From assembly GCA_027021705.1 (NCBI GenBank), contig JALUTT010000125.1, forward strand, positions 1-28,185: DNA of 28,185 bases, written 5' to 3'. Numbering within the stretch: position 1 is the first letter of the stretch; every line of letters starts with the position of its first letter. The stretch comes from Anaerolineae bacterium. GTDB taxonomy: Bacteria > Chloroflexota > Anaerolineae > S140-20. The notes under the pieces are model-generated. The model was not told the origin of the DNA, made no database searches, and worked only from the letters and a program-made list of their open reading frames with translations. Below are positions 1 through 9,180 of the stretch, piece after piece. A program made the translations under genes and the position numbers.

Positions 1-486
1 GGTGTTGGTCAGGCTGATGGGGCCTACCGCCGGCAGTACGCGCAGCTCTGCTCGCTGGACCGGGTCTCGCTCGTAGCCCAGCACCAGTTCACCCTGCTCG
101 TCCAGGAAGAGGATGTAGCTCTCGCCGGTGTCGGAGTTGGCGATGATGGCATGGGCCAGAGCATCCAGGGCGGTGGCGTCCCGCCGGGCCAGGGCCTGGG
201 GCAGGTTCTCCGTGTAGGCCAGTTGGCGGAGCAGGGCAAGCTGTTCGTCTTCGAATTCGGCCACGCCACCGAGGGTGACCTGGGCGGCGTCTCTCAACTG
301 GTTGTGCAGCCGCTCGGCGTGGGAGCCGGCGACGAGGAATTGGGTGACGGCGGTACCGATGACGGCCACCAAGAGGGTCAGGATGAGGTAAGGGAGGATG
401 ATACGAGCGCGGATGCTGGCGATCCACTCGCGCACTCCCACCCACACGCTCTTGCGTTCACCCGAGGTTTGTTCCCGTTCGGCCAT
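1..486 (-). CDS. N-terminal part of a membrane-anchored sensor/signalling protein (TM helix + Cache-like domain); runs off the window edge
   Basis: Not in the ORF track. Manual translation from ATG 486: MAEREQTSGERKSVWVGVREWIASIRARIILPYLILTLLVAVIGTAVTQFLVAGSHAERLHNQLRDAAQ...LRQLAYTENLPQALARRD...YILFLDEQGELVLGY..., open to base 1. AGGTGA SD upstream. Output domain not visible. Confidence 0.75.
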   Translation of the reverse strand, partial: MAEREQTSGERKSVWVGVREWIASIRARIILPYLILTLLVAVIGTAVTQFLVAGSHAERLHNQLRDAAQVTLGGVAEFEDEQLALLRQLAYTENLPQALARRDATALDALAHAIIANSDTGESYILFLDEQGELVLGYERDPVQRAELRVLPAVGPISLTNT

Positions 487-532
487 ATCACCTGGCATCC
501 AAGGTGTTTATACCAACACCGCGCCCTTGGTC

Positions 533-561
533 ATCCTAGCATGCTTCCCGGCTTATGTCAA
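533..561 (-). promoter_or_regulatory. sigma70-type promoter for the sensor gene
   Basis: Minus strand TTGACA (561-556), 17-nt spacer, TAGGAT (538-533) with a TGn extension. Confidence 0.65.
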
Positions 562-590
562 TCTGAGTAAGGTACTACCTGTAACCGGCC

Positions 591-1181
591 TCAACCTCTC
601 CCCTGGGCCGCAAAATAGGCCAGGGCCTGACGGATTCGCTCCTCCAGCGGCATCTCCTCGTCCGGCAGGCTCTGGAGGGCCGTCTGCGCTTCCACGACGC
701 TATAGCCCAGAGCGGTAAGAGCCGCAATGACTTCTGCGTCCGACTCCCGCAAGGGAGGGCCAGCGGCGGGCACCCCTTCGGCAGCCAGCTTTTCCTTTAG
801 CTGAAAGACGATGCGCCGGGCCGTCTTGCGCCCCACTCCCGGCACCCGGGTGAGCAGCTCGGGCTGCTCCCGCAGCACCGCCTGGCGCACGGCATCGGGG
901 GAGAGGGCGGAGAGGATGGCCAGGGCCAGCCGGGGGCCTACCCCCGAGACCTCCAGCAACAGCCGGAAGAACTCCAGCATCTCTGGGCTGGAGCAGCCGT
1001 AGAGGGAGAGTTCGTTCTCCCGGACGACCAGATGGGTGAAGAGGGTGATGGGCTGTCCAACGCCCCCCGCTTCCTGGACGACGCTGCTGGGCACCATCAC
1101 CCGCCAGCCGATCCCCCCGGTCTCCACGACCAGGTAATCGGTGCCCACGGCCGTGATCGTCCCGCGCAGGGTGGCGATCAT
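591..1181 (-). CDS. ruvA: Holliday junction branch migration protein RuvA
   Basis: MIATLRGTI...[21 protein letters not shown], HhH motifs [14 protein letters not shown] and [23 protein letters not shown] 1181 overlaps the ruvC stop (ATGA). Confidence 0.95.
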   Translation of the reverse strand: MIATLRGTITAVGTDYLVVETGGIGWRVMVPSSVVQEAGGVGQPITLFTHLVVRENELSLYGCSSPEMLEFFRLLLEVSGVGPRLALAILSALSPDAVRQAVLREQPELLTRVPGVGRKTARRIVFQLKEKLAAEGVPAAGPPLRESDAEVIAALTALGYSVVEAQTALQSLPDEEMPLEERIRQALAYFAAQGRG

Positions 1182-1684
1182 CGGGCCTCTCCCTCCTCGT
1201 CCACCCACGCCTGCAGTCGGGCGCTGTGCAGGTGGCAGATAGCCACAGCCAGGGCATCGGCGGCATCATCGGGACGGGGGCGTTCCTCCAATCCCAGGAG
1301 CGCGCGCACCATCTCCTGGACCTGCCGCTTGTCCGCCCTGCCATAGCCCACGACCGCCTGTTTCACCGCCAGCGGGGTGTACTCGCTCACCGGAAGGTTG
1401 GCATCGGCCAGGGCCAACAGGGCGACGCCCCGCGCCTGTCCCACGGTCATCGCCGTGCGCACGTTGCGGCCAAAGAAGAGGGTTTCCAGAGCACCGGCCC
1501 GAGGCCGGTAGGTCTCGATCAGCGCCTTCAGTTCCCGATATAGACGCTGCAGACGGCGGGGGAGCGGTAGGGACGCCGACGTGGTGATCACGCCGTAGGC
1601 GATGGCTCTCAGCTCACCATCCTTCTCCCGCACCAACCCGTAGCCTGTGGTGGCCAGGCCGGGGTCAATCCCCAACACCAACAC
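1178..1684 (-). CDS. ruvC: Crossover junction endodeoxyribonuclease RuvC
   Basis: [63 protein letters not shown] start. Confidence 0.97.
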   Translation of the reverse strand: MLVLGIDPGLATTGYGLVREKDGELRAIAYGVITTSASLPLPRRLQRLYRELKALIETYRPRAGALETLFFGRNVRTAMTVGQARGVALLALADANLPVSEYTPLAVKQAVVGYGRADKRQVQEMVRALLGLEERPRPDDAADALAVAICHLHSARLQAWVDEEGEAR

Positions 1685-1686
1685 CG

Positions 1687-2442
1687 CTATCGCGCCTCGT
1701 ACCGGGCCAGGACCTCGTCGGGGATGTCCAGGTTGGAGTAGACTTGCTGAACGTCGTCCAGCTCCTCCAGGGCCTCGATGACCTCCATCACTTGCATCGT
1801 CTCTTCTGGCCCGAGCTGGATGGTGACCTTGGGCACCATCGCCAGTTCCGCCGTGGCCATGGTCAACCCTTGCGCCTGCAGCGCCTCCCGGACCTGCTGG
1901 AAGTCCTCAGGCTCTGCGTAGATCTCGATCAGGCTGTCGCTGATGACGATGTCCTCCGCGCCGGCCTCCACGGCGATCTCGAAGACCTCATCGGGGTCCA
2001 CGCCATTGGGCTCGATGGCGATGTACCCTTTGCGGTCGAACTGCCAGAGGACAGCGCCGGCCTCGGCCATCGTCCCCCCACGCCGGTTGAAGATCCGGCG
2101 CACCTCGGCCACCGTCCGGTTCCGATTGTCGGTCAGGGCGTGGACCAGCAAAGCGACTCCGTGAGGTGCGTACCCCTCATACGTCACCTCTTCCAGGGCC
2201 GCAGCATCCTTACCCCCTCCGGTTCCCCGTTGGATAGCCCTTTCGATGTTCTCCTTGGGCATGTTGGCGGCTTTGGCCTTCTCAATGGCCAGCCGCAACC
2301 GGATGTTGGCATCAGGGTCCCCACCCCCCTCCCGGGCCGCCACGGTGATCTCGCGAGCCAGGCGGGTAAAGAGCTTGCCCCGCTTGGCATCCTCTGCCGC
2401 CTTTTTGCGCTTGATGGTTGACCATTTGCTGTGTCCAGACAT
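1687..2442 (-). CDS. yebC: YebC/PmpR family protein
   Basis: [56 protein letters not shown]. Confidence 0.97.
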   Translation of the reverse strand: MSGHSKWSTIKRKKAAEDAKRGKLFTRLAREITVAAREGGGDPDANIRLRLAIEKAKAANMPKENIERAIQRGTGGGKDAAALEEVTYEGYAPHGVALLVHALTDNRNRTVAEVRRIFNRRGGTMAEAGAVLWQFDRKGYIAIEPNGVDPDEVFEIAVEAGAEDIVISDSLIEIYAEPEDFQQVREALQAQGLTMATAELAMVPKVTIQLGPEETMQVMEVIEALEELDDVQQVYSNLDIPDEVLARYEAR

Positions 2443-2527
2443 CTCGACGGCCTCCTGTCAGGGCAAATCAGCGAGGAAGCAAATCCACAGCCTGAGCCGT
2501 GCTGTCAGGGTCCTCCTTCCAGACCGT

Positions 2528-2536
2528 ATTATACCA
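2528..2536 (-). promoter_or_regulatory. extended -10 promoter upstream of yebC-ruvC-ruvA
   Basis: Minus strand TGGTATAAT in the intergenic gap; no clear -35. Confidence 0.55.
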
Positions 2537-2565
2537 TCAGCCCGGCGAACAAGCTAGCGCCGAGA

Positions 2566-3345
2566 TCACACTGCCTCCTCCAGGAGCCGCTGGAGCATCC
2601 CGGCGGTGCTCACGGCCTGCCCTTGCCAATGGTTGTTGGCGTAGGCCAGGGTGAGGGAGGCTTCCTGATCCATCTGCCGGATCTTGGGCACCCATTCCTG
2701 AAGCTCCTCCTCGGTGTACCGATAGTCGTAACGCTCCCAAGCCTCCTGGTGGTTCCACCACTTCTCGGCATTCCGCCCGTGAAAGCGGACGTAGGCGATG
2801 GGGGCTGTGACAACGGCGATGGGGGGAATCAGGCTTCGGAACCGGGGTTGGTCCACGCAGCAGAAGCCCATCTGCAACTCCCGCAGCAGGTCGAAGGTGG
2901 CCTCTGTGACCCACTCCCGCCGGCGGAACTCCACGACGAGGGGCAGGTCGCCGAATTCCTCCCGGATTCGACGCAGGTAGTCCCGGTTCTCTTCGGTGGC
3001 TCGAAAGGCGTAGGGGAATTGGACGAGGACGCAGGCGAACTTTTCGGCCTCGATAAGCGGCTGGAGCGCCCCTTTGAAGTCGGCGATCATTGGCCGAAGG
3101 TCTTCTTCGCGCTCGTGGGTGATCCCTCGATAGGCCTTGAGGGAAAAGAGGAAGCCCGGTGGGACCTTCTCGGCCATCCGGGCCAAGGTGCGGGCATTGG
3201 GGATGGTGTAGAAGCTGAAGTTCAACTCGCAGGTGGGAAACTTCCGGGCATAGAAGGAGAGCCACTCGGCTCGGGGCAACTCCTCGGGGTAGACGGGGCC
3301 GATCCAATCCTTGTAGCTGAAGCCGCTGGTGCCCACCAGGATCAT
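2566..3345 (-). CDS. DUF72 (YecE-like) TIM-barrel protein
   Basis: VGTSGFSYKDWIGPVYP, ELNFSFY, FLFSLKA, QFP, VEFR, CCVDQP, YVRFHGRN, YDYRYTEEEL, ANNHWQGQA. ATG overlaps the ftsK stop. Confidence 0.93.
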   Translation of the reverse strand: MILVGTSGFSYKDWIGPVYPEELPRAEWLSFYARKFPTCELNFSFYTIPNARTLARMAEKVPPGFLFSLKAYRGITHEREEDLRPMIADFKGALQPLIEAEKFACVLVQFPYAFRATEENRDYLRRIREEFGDLPLVVEFRRREWVTEATFDLLRELQMGFCCVDQPRFRSLIPPIAVVTAPIAYVRFHGRNAEKWWNHQEAWERYDYRYTEEELQEWVPKIRQMDQEASLTLAYANNHWQGQAVSTAGMLQRLLEEAV

Positions 3346-5462
3346 CCCCCACCTCCCCCGCCCTGCCGATCGTCCAAGACCTCGCGCAGGCGTCCTCCTG
3401 CCTCCGGCGGGCCGATGATGCCCATCGCCTCCAGTTCATCCATCAGTCGGGCTGCTCGCGGATAGCCGATGCGCAGCCGGCGCTGGAGGAGGGAGGTGGA
3501 GGCACCGCCGGTCTCCCGGACGAGGGCGATGGCGGCCTCCAGCAAGTCATCCCGTCGTTCGCCGGGGGCGGCATGCCGACGCAGCCACTCCTCCCACGGG
3601 GCCTCTTCCTCCTCCCGATCCCAGTGGGTCCGCCAATAGCTCACCACCGCCTCGATCTCCCGGTCGGAGACGAAGCAGCCTTGGAGGCGCACCGGATGGC
3701 CCAACTCTGGGTTCAGGAAGAGCATATCCCCCCGCCCCAGCAACTGCTCCGCCCCCACCGTGTCCAGGATTACTCGGGAGTCCACCTGACTGGCAACGGC
3801 GAAGGAGATGCGGGCCGGGAAGTTGGCCTTGATGAGGCCGGTGACCACGTCGGTGCTGGGACGCTGGGTGGCGACGACCAGGTGGATGCCGGTGGCGCGG
3901 GCCATCTGGGCCAGGCGAGTCAGGGCGTGTTCCGTCTCCTGAGGAGCCATCATCATCAGGTCGGCCAACTCATCCACCAGGATGACGATGCGGGGCAGGG
4001 GTGGACGGCGGCGGCGGCGCATCTTGCGGTTGTAGTCCCCCAGGTGGCGGGCCTCGACGGCAGCGAAGCGCTTGTACCGTTCGTCCATCTCCCGGACGGC
4101 CCAGCGGAGCACGCCGGCGATCCGCTCCAACTCCACCTCCACGTGGCCGTAGAGGTGGGGCAGGCCGTTGAAGCGGACCAGCTCCACCATCTTGGGGTCA
4201 ATCATCACCAGCCGCAGGTCCTCGGGCGTGTTGTTCATCACCAGGCAGGTGGTCATCGCGCTGATGGCGACCGATTTGCCCGAGCCGGTGGTGCCGGCGA
4301 TGAGGAGGTGGGGCATCACCGCCAGATCGGCAACCACAGGGGCCCCGGCCACATCGCGCCCCAGGGCCAGGGCCAGGGGGGAACGCAGGCGGGCGAAGGC
4401 GCGGGACGCCATCACGCCACGCAACCGCACGACGGCCACTCGGTCGTTGGGCACCTCGACGCCGACGATGGGCCGCCCTGGGACGGGGGCCTCAACGCGC
4501 AGGGTTGGAGCGGCCAGGGCCAGAGCCAGGTCATCGGCCAGGGCACTGATCTGGCTGACCCGCACCTTGTGCAGGCGGGGCTCTCCGTTGGGGCCGACCC
4601 GCTCGATGTAGCCGGGCTCCAGCCCGAACTGGGTGACCACTGGCCCTCGGCGCACCTCCCGCACGGTGACGGGTAGCCCAAACTGAGCCAAGGTCTGGAC
4701 AATGATCTCGGCCTTGGCCTGGACTTCCTCGTCATCGGCAACCAGCCGGTCGTCTGCCTCCAGTAGATCCAGAGGGGGAAGGCGGGGATCTCGGCGGACA
4801 GGCGCTTTGCCCCCCTTCCCTGCTTCGGTGATGAGGCGAGGACGAGGAACGGTGGATGGGCGAGGGCGGGGAGGGGAGCGAGGAGGAAGGGATGTGGACG
4901 CCACCACCCTGTCGGCCTCAGAAGGGGTCGTTGGAATCCGAACCTGGCGCAGCCGCTCCGCCCGATCTGCCAGCCAGAGCAGAAAGGCCCTGACCTCGTG
5001 CCAGGAGAGGTCCAAGCTCACCCCGATCCCCAGGAGGCTGGCGACCAGCAACAAAAGGATGGTCGGCAGTCCCCCCATCGTCTCGGTGAGGAGTGTCGAG
5101 AGCGCCCAGCCGACCATTCCCCCCCCCCGACCGGCCTGGGCGGCCAGCCATCCGGTCCGAGGGAAGGCCAATTGGTGGATCAGGGCCAGCAAGGCGATGC
5201 TGGCAACCTCCAGACCGATGAGGCGTCGCCAGGGCCATCGGGCTGGAGGAGGCAGAGGATGGACCAGGAGGTGCCAGCCTATCGAGCCGAGGGCGATGGT
5301 CAGGGGAAAGGCCCCCAACCCTACCGCCCGGCGCAGCAGGTGATCCCACCAGTCGGTTAACGCCCCCGAGGTCACACCCAACAGGCCCAGCAGGGTGACA
5401 CCGGACAGGACGAGGAGCGCCAGCCCCCCTACCTCCCGGCCTCGGCCTGGACGGAAGGCCAT
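3342..5462 (-). CDS. ftsK: DNA translocase FtsK/SpoIIIE
   Basis: N-terminal TM region, MPHLLIAGTTGSGKS, MIDPKMVEL, VDELADLMM, ARATGIHLVVATQRPS, gamma domain STSLLQRRLRIGYPRAARLMDELE. Confidence 0.96.
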   Translation of the reverse strand: MAFRPGRGREVGGLALLVLSGVTLLGLLGVTSGALTDWWDHLLRRAVGLGAFPLTIALGSIGWHLLVHPLPPPARWPWRRLIGLEVASIALLALIHQLAFPRTGWLAAQAGRGGGMVGWALSTLLTETMGGLPTILLLLVASLLGIGVSLDLSWHEVRAFLLWLADRAERLRQVRIPTTPSEADRVVASTSLPPRSPPRPRPSTVPRPRLITEAGKGGKAPVRRDPRLPPLDLLEADDRLVADDEEVQAKAEIIVQTLAQFGLPVTVREVRRGPVVTQFGLEPGYIERVGPNGEPRLHKVRVSQISALADDLALALAAPTLRVEAPVPGRPIVGVEVPNDRVAVVRLRGVMASRAFARLRSPLALALGRDVAGAPVVADLAVMPHLLIAGTTGSGKSVAISAMTTCLVMNNTPEDLRLVMIDPKMVELVRFNGLPHLYGHVEVELERIAGVLRWAVREMDERYKRFAAVEARHLGDYNRKMRRRRRPPLPRIVILVDELADLMMMAPQETEHALTRLAQMARATGIHLVVATQRPSTDVVTGLIKANFPARISFAVASQVDSRVILDTVGAEQLLGRGDMLFLNPELGHPVRLQGCFVSDREIEAVVSYWRTHWDREEEEAPWEEWLRRHAAPGERRDDLLEAAIALVRETGGASTSLLQRRLRIGYPRAARLMDELEAMGIIGPPEAGGRLREVLDDRQGGGGGG

Positions 5463-5469
5463 CCCCGTT

Positions 5470-6462
5470 CTACTCCTGGGCCCACCAGCCGTCGGGCTTG
5501 TCCACCTGACGCAGACTCAAAGCGATGCGACGTTCCGCCCGGCTGACGCTGAGGACCCGCGCCGTGACCCGCTCTCCCTCCCGGACCACGTTGCGAGGGT
5601 GCAGGAAGGTGCCCTCAGCCAGTTCGGAGATGTGGATCAGCCCCTCCAGCCCCTCTTCCAGGCGAGCGAAGGCACCGAAGCTGACAACGTTGGTGATCAC
5701 GCCCTCAACCAGTTGTCCCGGATGGTAGCGCTCCTCGACCGTCTCCCAGGGATCAGGCAGGAGCCGTTTCAGGCTCAGGCCAATGCGTTCGCGCTCCCGG
5801 TCCACGTTCAGCACATAGACCCGAACCCGCTGCCCCCGCTTTAGCACGTCTCGGGGGTGCTCCACCCTCCCCCAGGAGAGCTCGGAAATGTGGATGAGCC
5901 CCTCGACCCCCCCCAGGTCCACGAAAGCGCCGAAGGAGGTCAGGTTGGTCACGATGCCCTCACGGACCTCGCCAGGAGTGATCTCGGCCAGCAGGGCCTC
6001 CCGACGCCGTATCTCCTCCGTGGTGATGCGTTCGGAGAGGACAAATCGCCAGCGAGCGGGATCCAATTCAATGATGCGCAGGGTAAGCCGCTGGCCCACC
6101 CGCCGTGCCAGCTCCGCCCGGCGCTCTTCTTCGCTCAGCCAGGGGGAGAAACCGATCAAATGGGAGGCGGGCACGAACCCCTGCAAACCACGCCAGGTGA
6201 CCAGCAACCCTCCTCGGTTGTAACCGGTTGCCTCCAGCTCCAGCGTGCCGTTGTTCTCAAAGATCTCCTGGGCGGCCTCCCAGACATCGTCGGGAGGAGC
6301 TGTACGACCATCCGAAGGGATCCGATCTTGGGCGAGTCCCTCCAGCACCTCTACCCCTTGTAGCGGGGCCTTGCCGGCGGAAGCGGCAAATTCTCCCTCT
6401 TGCAGCAGTGCCCGCCAGTAACCTTCTTCCATTTGGGAACTTCTGCCATTCCATTCGCTCAT
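5470..6462 (-). CDS. S1 RNA-binding domain protein (three S1 repeats; ribosomal protein S1-like)
   Basis: NRGGLLV...QGFVPASHL; FGAFVDLGGVEGLIHISELSW; FGAFARLEEGLEGLIHISELA; RIGLSLK/RIALSLR repeat ends. Confidence 0.9.
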   Translation of the reverse strand: MSEWNGRSSQMEEGYWRALLQEGEFAASAGKAPLQGVEVLEGLAQDRIPSDGRTAPPDDVWEAAQEIFENNGTLELEATGYNRGGLLVTWRGLQGFVPASHLIGFSPWLSEEERRAELARRVGQRLTLRIIELDPARWRFVLSERITTEEIRRREALLAEITPGEVREGIVTNLTSFGAFVDLGGVEGLIHISELSWGRVEHPRDVLKRGQRVRVYVLNVDRERERIGLSLKRLLPDPWETVEERYHPGQLVEGVITNVVSFGAFARLEEGLEGLIHISELAEGTFLHPRNVVREGERVTARVLSVSRAERRIALSLRQVDKPDGWWAQE

Positions 6463-6589
6463 TGCCTTCCACTCCTGTGTGAATCAGGGCGCGACCAGGG
6501 TGACCGGGTATACCCTGTTGTCCGGCATCAGCTTCTGGTAGAGCCTCCGGTTGACCCCGGAGACGTGGGGGCGGCTACATTATAGTAAC

Positions 6590-6618
6590 ATTATATGAAA
6601 GCCTATGAAGAATGTCAA
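6590..6618 (-). promoter_or_regulatory. consensus sigma70 promoter for the S1-ftsK-DUF72 operon
   Basis: Minus strand TTGACA (6618-6613), 17 nt, TATAAT (6595-6590); second TATAAT at 6584-6579. Confidence 0.85.
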
Positions 6619-6656
6619 GCAGGACTTATAATTTTTTTCGGAAGGGCCTGCTGCCC

Positions 6657-6685
6657 TTGACAGCGTGGCCCACTGGGATTACACT
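6657..6685 (+). promoter_or_regulatory. sigma70 promoter for the glycosyltransferase gene
   Basis: TTGACA (6657-6662), 17 nt, TACACT (6680-6685). Confidence 0.7.
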
Positions 6686-6839
6686 GGACCCCAATCATCC
6701 CAATTGGGGCTGGAGGCTTCCTAGCAGGGATCCCGGTGCGGCACCCCTAGGAGCCCCCAAGGTGCTTCCCGATGGACACCCTCTCCACCCAATCTGCCAG
6801 ACCTTCCATCCGGCGAGAGCGAAGAAAGGGCAGGACGAT

Positions 6840-7967
6840 ATGCGCGTGGTCATCTTGATGGCACTCACCGGCGGCGGCCACCGGAGCGCGGCCCTCGCCA
6901 TCCAGGAAGCGATGGGGCGATGTTACGGCCCCCAAGTCCAGGTCGAGATCGTAGATGCGCTGCGGGGGTACGCCCCCTTCCCCTTCAGCCACCTGGACGC
7001 CCTCTATCCCGTCTGGGTGGCGCGGGGAGTGTGGAGCTGGCGCTGGGGGTTTCGGCTGACCTGTAGCCCCCGGCGCGTCACGGCGCTCCTCCGTCTGCTC
7101 TGGCCGCTGACCTGGCCCCGAGCCCGCCACCTGGTCCAAGAGCACCCGGCAGACGTATTGGTCTCCGTGCACCCTCTGGTCAACCACACCTTGATCTGGA
7201 CGCTGCGCCGGCTGAAGCGGGAGATCCCTTTTATCACAGTCGTCACCGATCTGGTGACTGTCCATCCCTTCTGGCTCTCGCCCAAGGTGACTCGCCTGCT
7301 GGTGGCGAGCGAACCGGCCCGCCGTCAGGCCGTCGCCTGGGGCATCCCCCCCGATCGGGTGCGAGTGACCGGCCTGCCTGTCAGCCTGCGCTTCGTCACC
7401 CTGCTGCACGAGGTCACCCGGGGGGAAGCCCGCCGCCGGCTGAACTGGCTCCCCGACCGTCCGGCAGTGCTGTTGGTGGGCGGCGGCGAAGGGATGGGCC
7501 CCCTCTACGAGATCGCCCAAGCCATCGCCCACGTCGGCGCACCCATCCAGCTGGCCGTGGTGGCAGGGCGGAATGAGCGGCTGCGCTGGCGATTGGAGCA
7601 GGCCCACTGGCCCATCCCCGTCCACATCTACGGCTTCGTGGGCAACATGCCGGAACTGATGCGAGCCGCCGATCTGCTCGTGACCAAGGCCGGCCCCGGC
7701 ACCATCAGCGAAGCCTGCATCGCGGGGCTGCCGATGATCCTCAGCGGGGCCATCCCCGGCCAGGAGGAGGGAAACGTGACCTACCTGGTCGAGCAGGGGG
7801 CCGGAAGCTGGGCACCCTCACCACAGCAGATCGCCCAACAGGTGCTCCAGTGGACCCAACCCGGTGACCCAACGCTGGCTCAGATGGCGGAGCGGGCCAG
7901 GGCTCTGGGCCACCCCGAAGCGGCCCTGGAGGTCGCCCGTGAGATTGTGGAGGTGGGCCAACGGTAG
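6840..7967 (+). CDS. MGDG synthase/UgtP-like diacylglycerol glycosyltransferase (GT28)
   Basis: TGGGHRSAALAI, VSVHPL, TVVTDL, TGLPV, VGGGEGMG, GFVGNMPELMRAADLLVTKAGPGTISEA, IPGQEEGNV. Start set to ATG 6840 because the longer ORF spans the promoter. Confidence 0.9.
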   Translation: MRVVILMALTGGGHRSAALAIQEAMGRCYGPQVQVEIVDALRGYAPFPFSHLDALYPVWVARGVWSWRWGFRLTCSPRRVTALLRLLWPLTWPRARHLVQEHPADVLVSVHPLVNHTLIWTLRRLKREIPFITVVTDLVTVHPFWLSPKVTRLLVASEPARRQAVAWGIPPDRVRVTGLPVSLRFVTLLHEVTRGEARRRLNWLPDRPAVLLVGGGEGMGPLYEIAQAIAHVGAPIQLAVVAGRNERLRWRLEQAHWPIPVHIYGFVGNMPELMRAADLLVTKAGPGTISEACIAGLPMILSGAIPGQEEGNVTYLVEQGAGSWAPSPQQIAQQVLQWTQPGDPTLAQMAERARALGHPEAALEVAREIVEVGQR

Positions 7968-7991
7968 ATCCAGCAAGCCGGGCCCTGCTCC

Positions 7992-8984
7992 CTATGGGGC
8001 CGTCCCCCTGGGCTCTTGCTCGATCAGCCGCGCTGCCCCCCCTACGCCACTGACCAGGACCTCCCGAACGCCGGGCAGCTCCCAGAGCCGTTCCTCCACC
8101 TCACCCGCCACCTCTGCCAGGCAGATGCAGTGCACGTTGGGACCGGCATCAATGGTGAAGGCGACGGGCAACCCTTCCTCCCGCCAGCAGCGCACCGCCC
8201 GGATGATGGTGACCGTCTCGCTCGTCCAGTAGAAGAGGGAAGGCGTCGAGGTCATCATCACAGCGTGCATCATCAGGGTATCCTGCTCCAGAATAGGAGC
8301 CAGGGCGGTGAAATCGCGGGCCAGCAGCGCCCTCTTGCAGGCAGCCAGGCGTGCCGGTGCTGTCGCGACGCGGGCTTCTTGGAAGGGGCTGGTGGGGGCA
8401 AGCTGGTGACCTTGGCGGGAGGTGACAGGCTTGTGGGCCTGCTCGACGATGGCGATGACATCGGCCAGAGCCCAGTAGTCCGGCGGGGCGATGGAGCGGG
8501 CGAAAGAGGCCTCGTGGCGCTCCCCCGTCTGCCACTCGACGAAGCCGGCAGGGATAGAACGGGCTGCCGATCCCGAGCCCAGTCGGGCCAGGGCGGAGAG
8601 GGCGGCTTCGGACAGGGTGAGGCCAGCGGCGGCGATGGCGGCCAGGGTGAGGGCGGCGAAGGCAGACGCCGAGGAGGCCAGCCCGGCCCCTGTGGGGAAG
8701 TCGTTGCGGGAGACGACACGGGCCCGCTCTCGGCGGCCGGCCAGCGCCCGAACGCGGTCCAGGTGAGCCACCACCCGCTGGTAGGCCCGCCCCTCGACCC
8801 GCTCACCGTTGATCTCCACCTCGTCTTGGGTCAGGTCGGGGTCAAAGGACACCGTGGTCACCGTGCGCAGGGCGGCCAGGTTCATCGAAAGAGACGGGTT
8901 GGCCGGCAGGTTCAGAGCCGGGTTCCGGTTCCCCCAATACTTGATGAAAGCGATGTTGGGATGGGCCTCGGCGGTAGCTGCCAT
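7992..8984 (-). CDS. mvaD: GHMP-family mevalonate decarboxylase, probably mevalonate-5-phosphate decarboxylase (MvaD family)
   Basis: HPNIAFIKYWGN, NDFPTGAGLASSASAFAAL, ARLGSGSAARS, FTIDAGPNVH; start ATG 8984 after a GGAGG/AGGGG SD region. Confidence 0.92.
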   Translation of the reverse strand: MAATAEAHPNIAFIKYWGNRNPALNLPANPSLSMNLAALRTVTTVSFDPDLTQDEVEINGERVEGRAYQRVVAHLDRVRALAGRRERARVVSRNDFPTGAGLASSASAFAALTLAAIAAAGLTLSEAALSALARLGSGSAARSIPAGFVEWQTGERHEASFARSIAPPDYWALADVIAIVEQAHKPVTSRQGHQLAPTSPFQEARVATAPARLAACKRALLARDFTALAPILEQDTLMMHAVMMTSTPSLFYWTSETVTIIRAVRCWREEGLPVAFTIDAGPNVHCICLAEVAGEVEERLWELPGVREVLVSGVGGAARLIEQEPRGTAP

Positions 8985-9091
8985 CTTCCCCCTACTCCTC
9001 CCGCCCTTCCCCGTGGGCTGGGAACTCCCCACGGCTCCGGACGGATACACCGACGCGCCGGATCCTCGGGGTCCGGTTGGAGTGCCCCCCT

Positions 9092-9120
9092 ATTGTAAGC
9101 CAGAATGGACGAACGGGCAA
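9092..9120 (-). promoter_or_regulatory. sigma70 promoter for the decarboxylase gene
   Basis: Minus strand TTGCCC (9120-9115), 17 nt, TACAAT (9097-9092). Confidence 0.6.
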
Positions 9121-9180
9121 GGGCAAGTAGCGATCTACCGCCACGTCGTTGCCGAAGGTTCTCCCCTCCGATCCGGCCCT

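Noticed and set aside
151..570. 139-aa plus-strand ORF
   Set aside because: Antisense to the sensor gene at 1-486, which has an SD, a promoter and a TM architecture.
2443..2565. LexA box upstream of yebC-ruvC-ruvA
   Set aside because: Only a half site (CGAAC); no GAAC-N4-GTTC palindrome.
3342..3362. Poly-Gly tail of FtsK
   Set aside because: By-product of the overlapping GGAGGTG Shine-Dalgarno sequence for DUF72.
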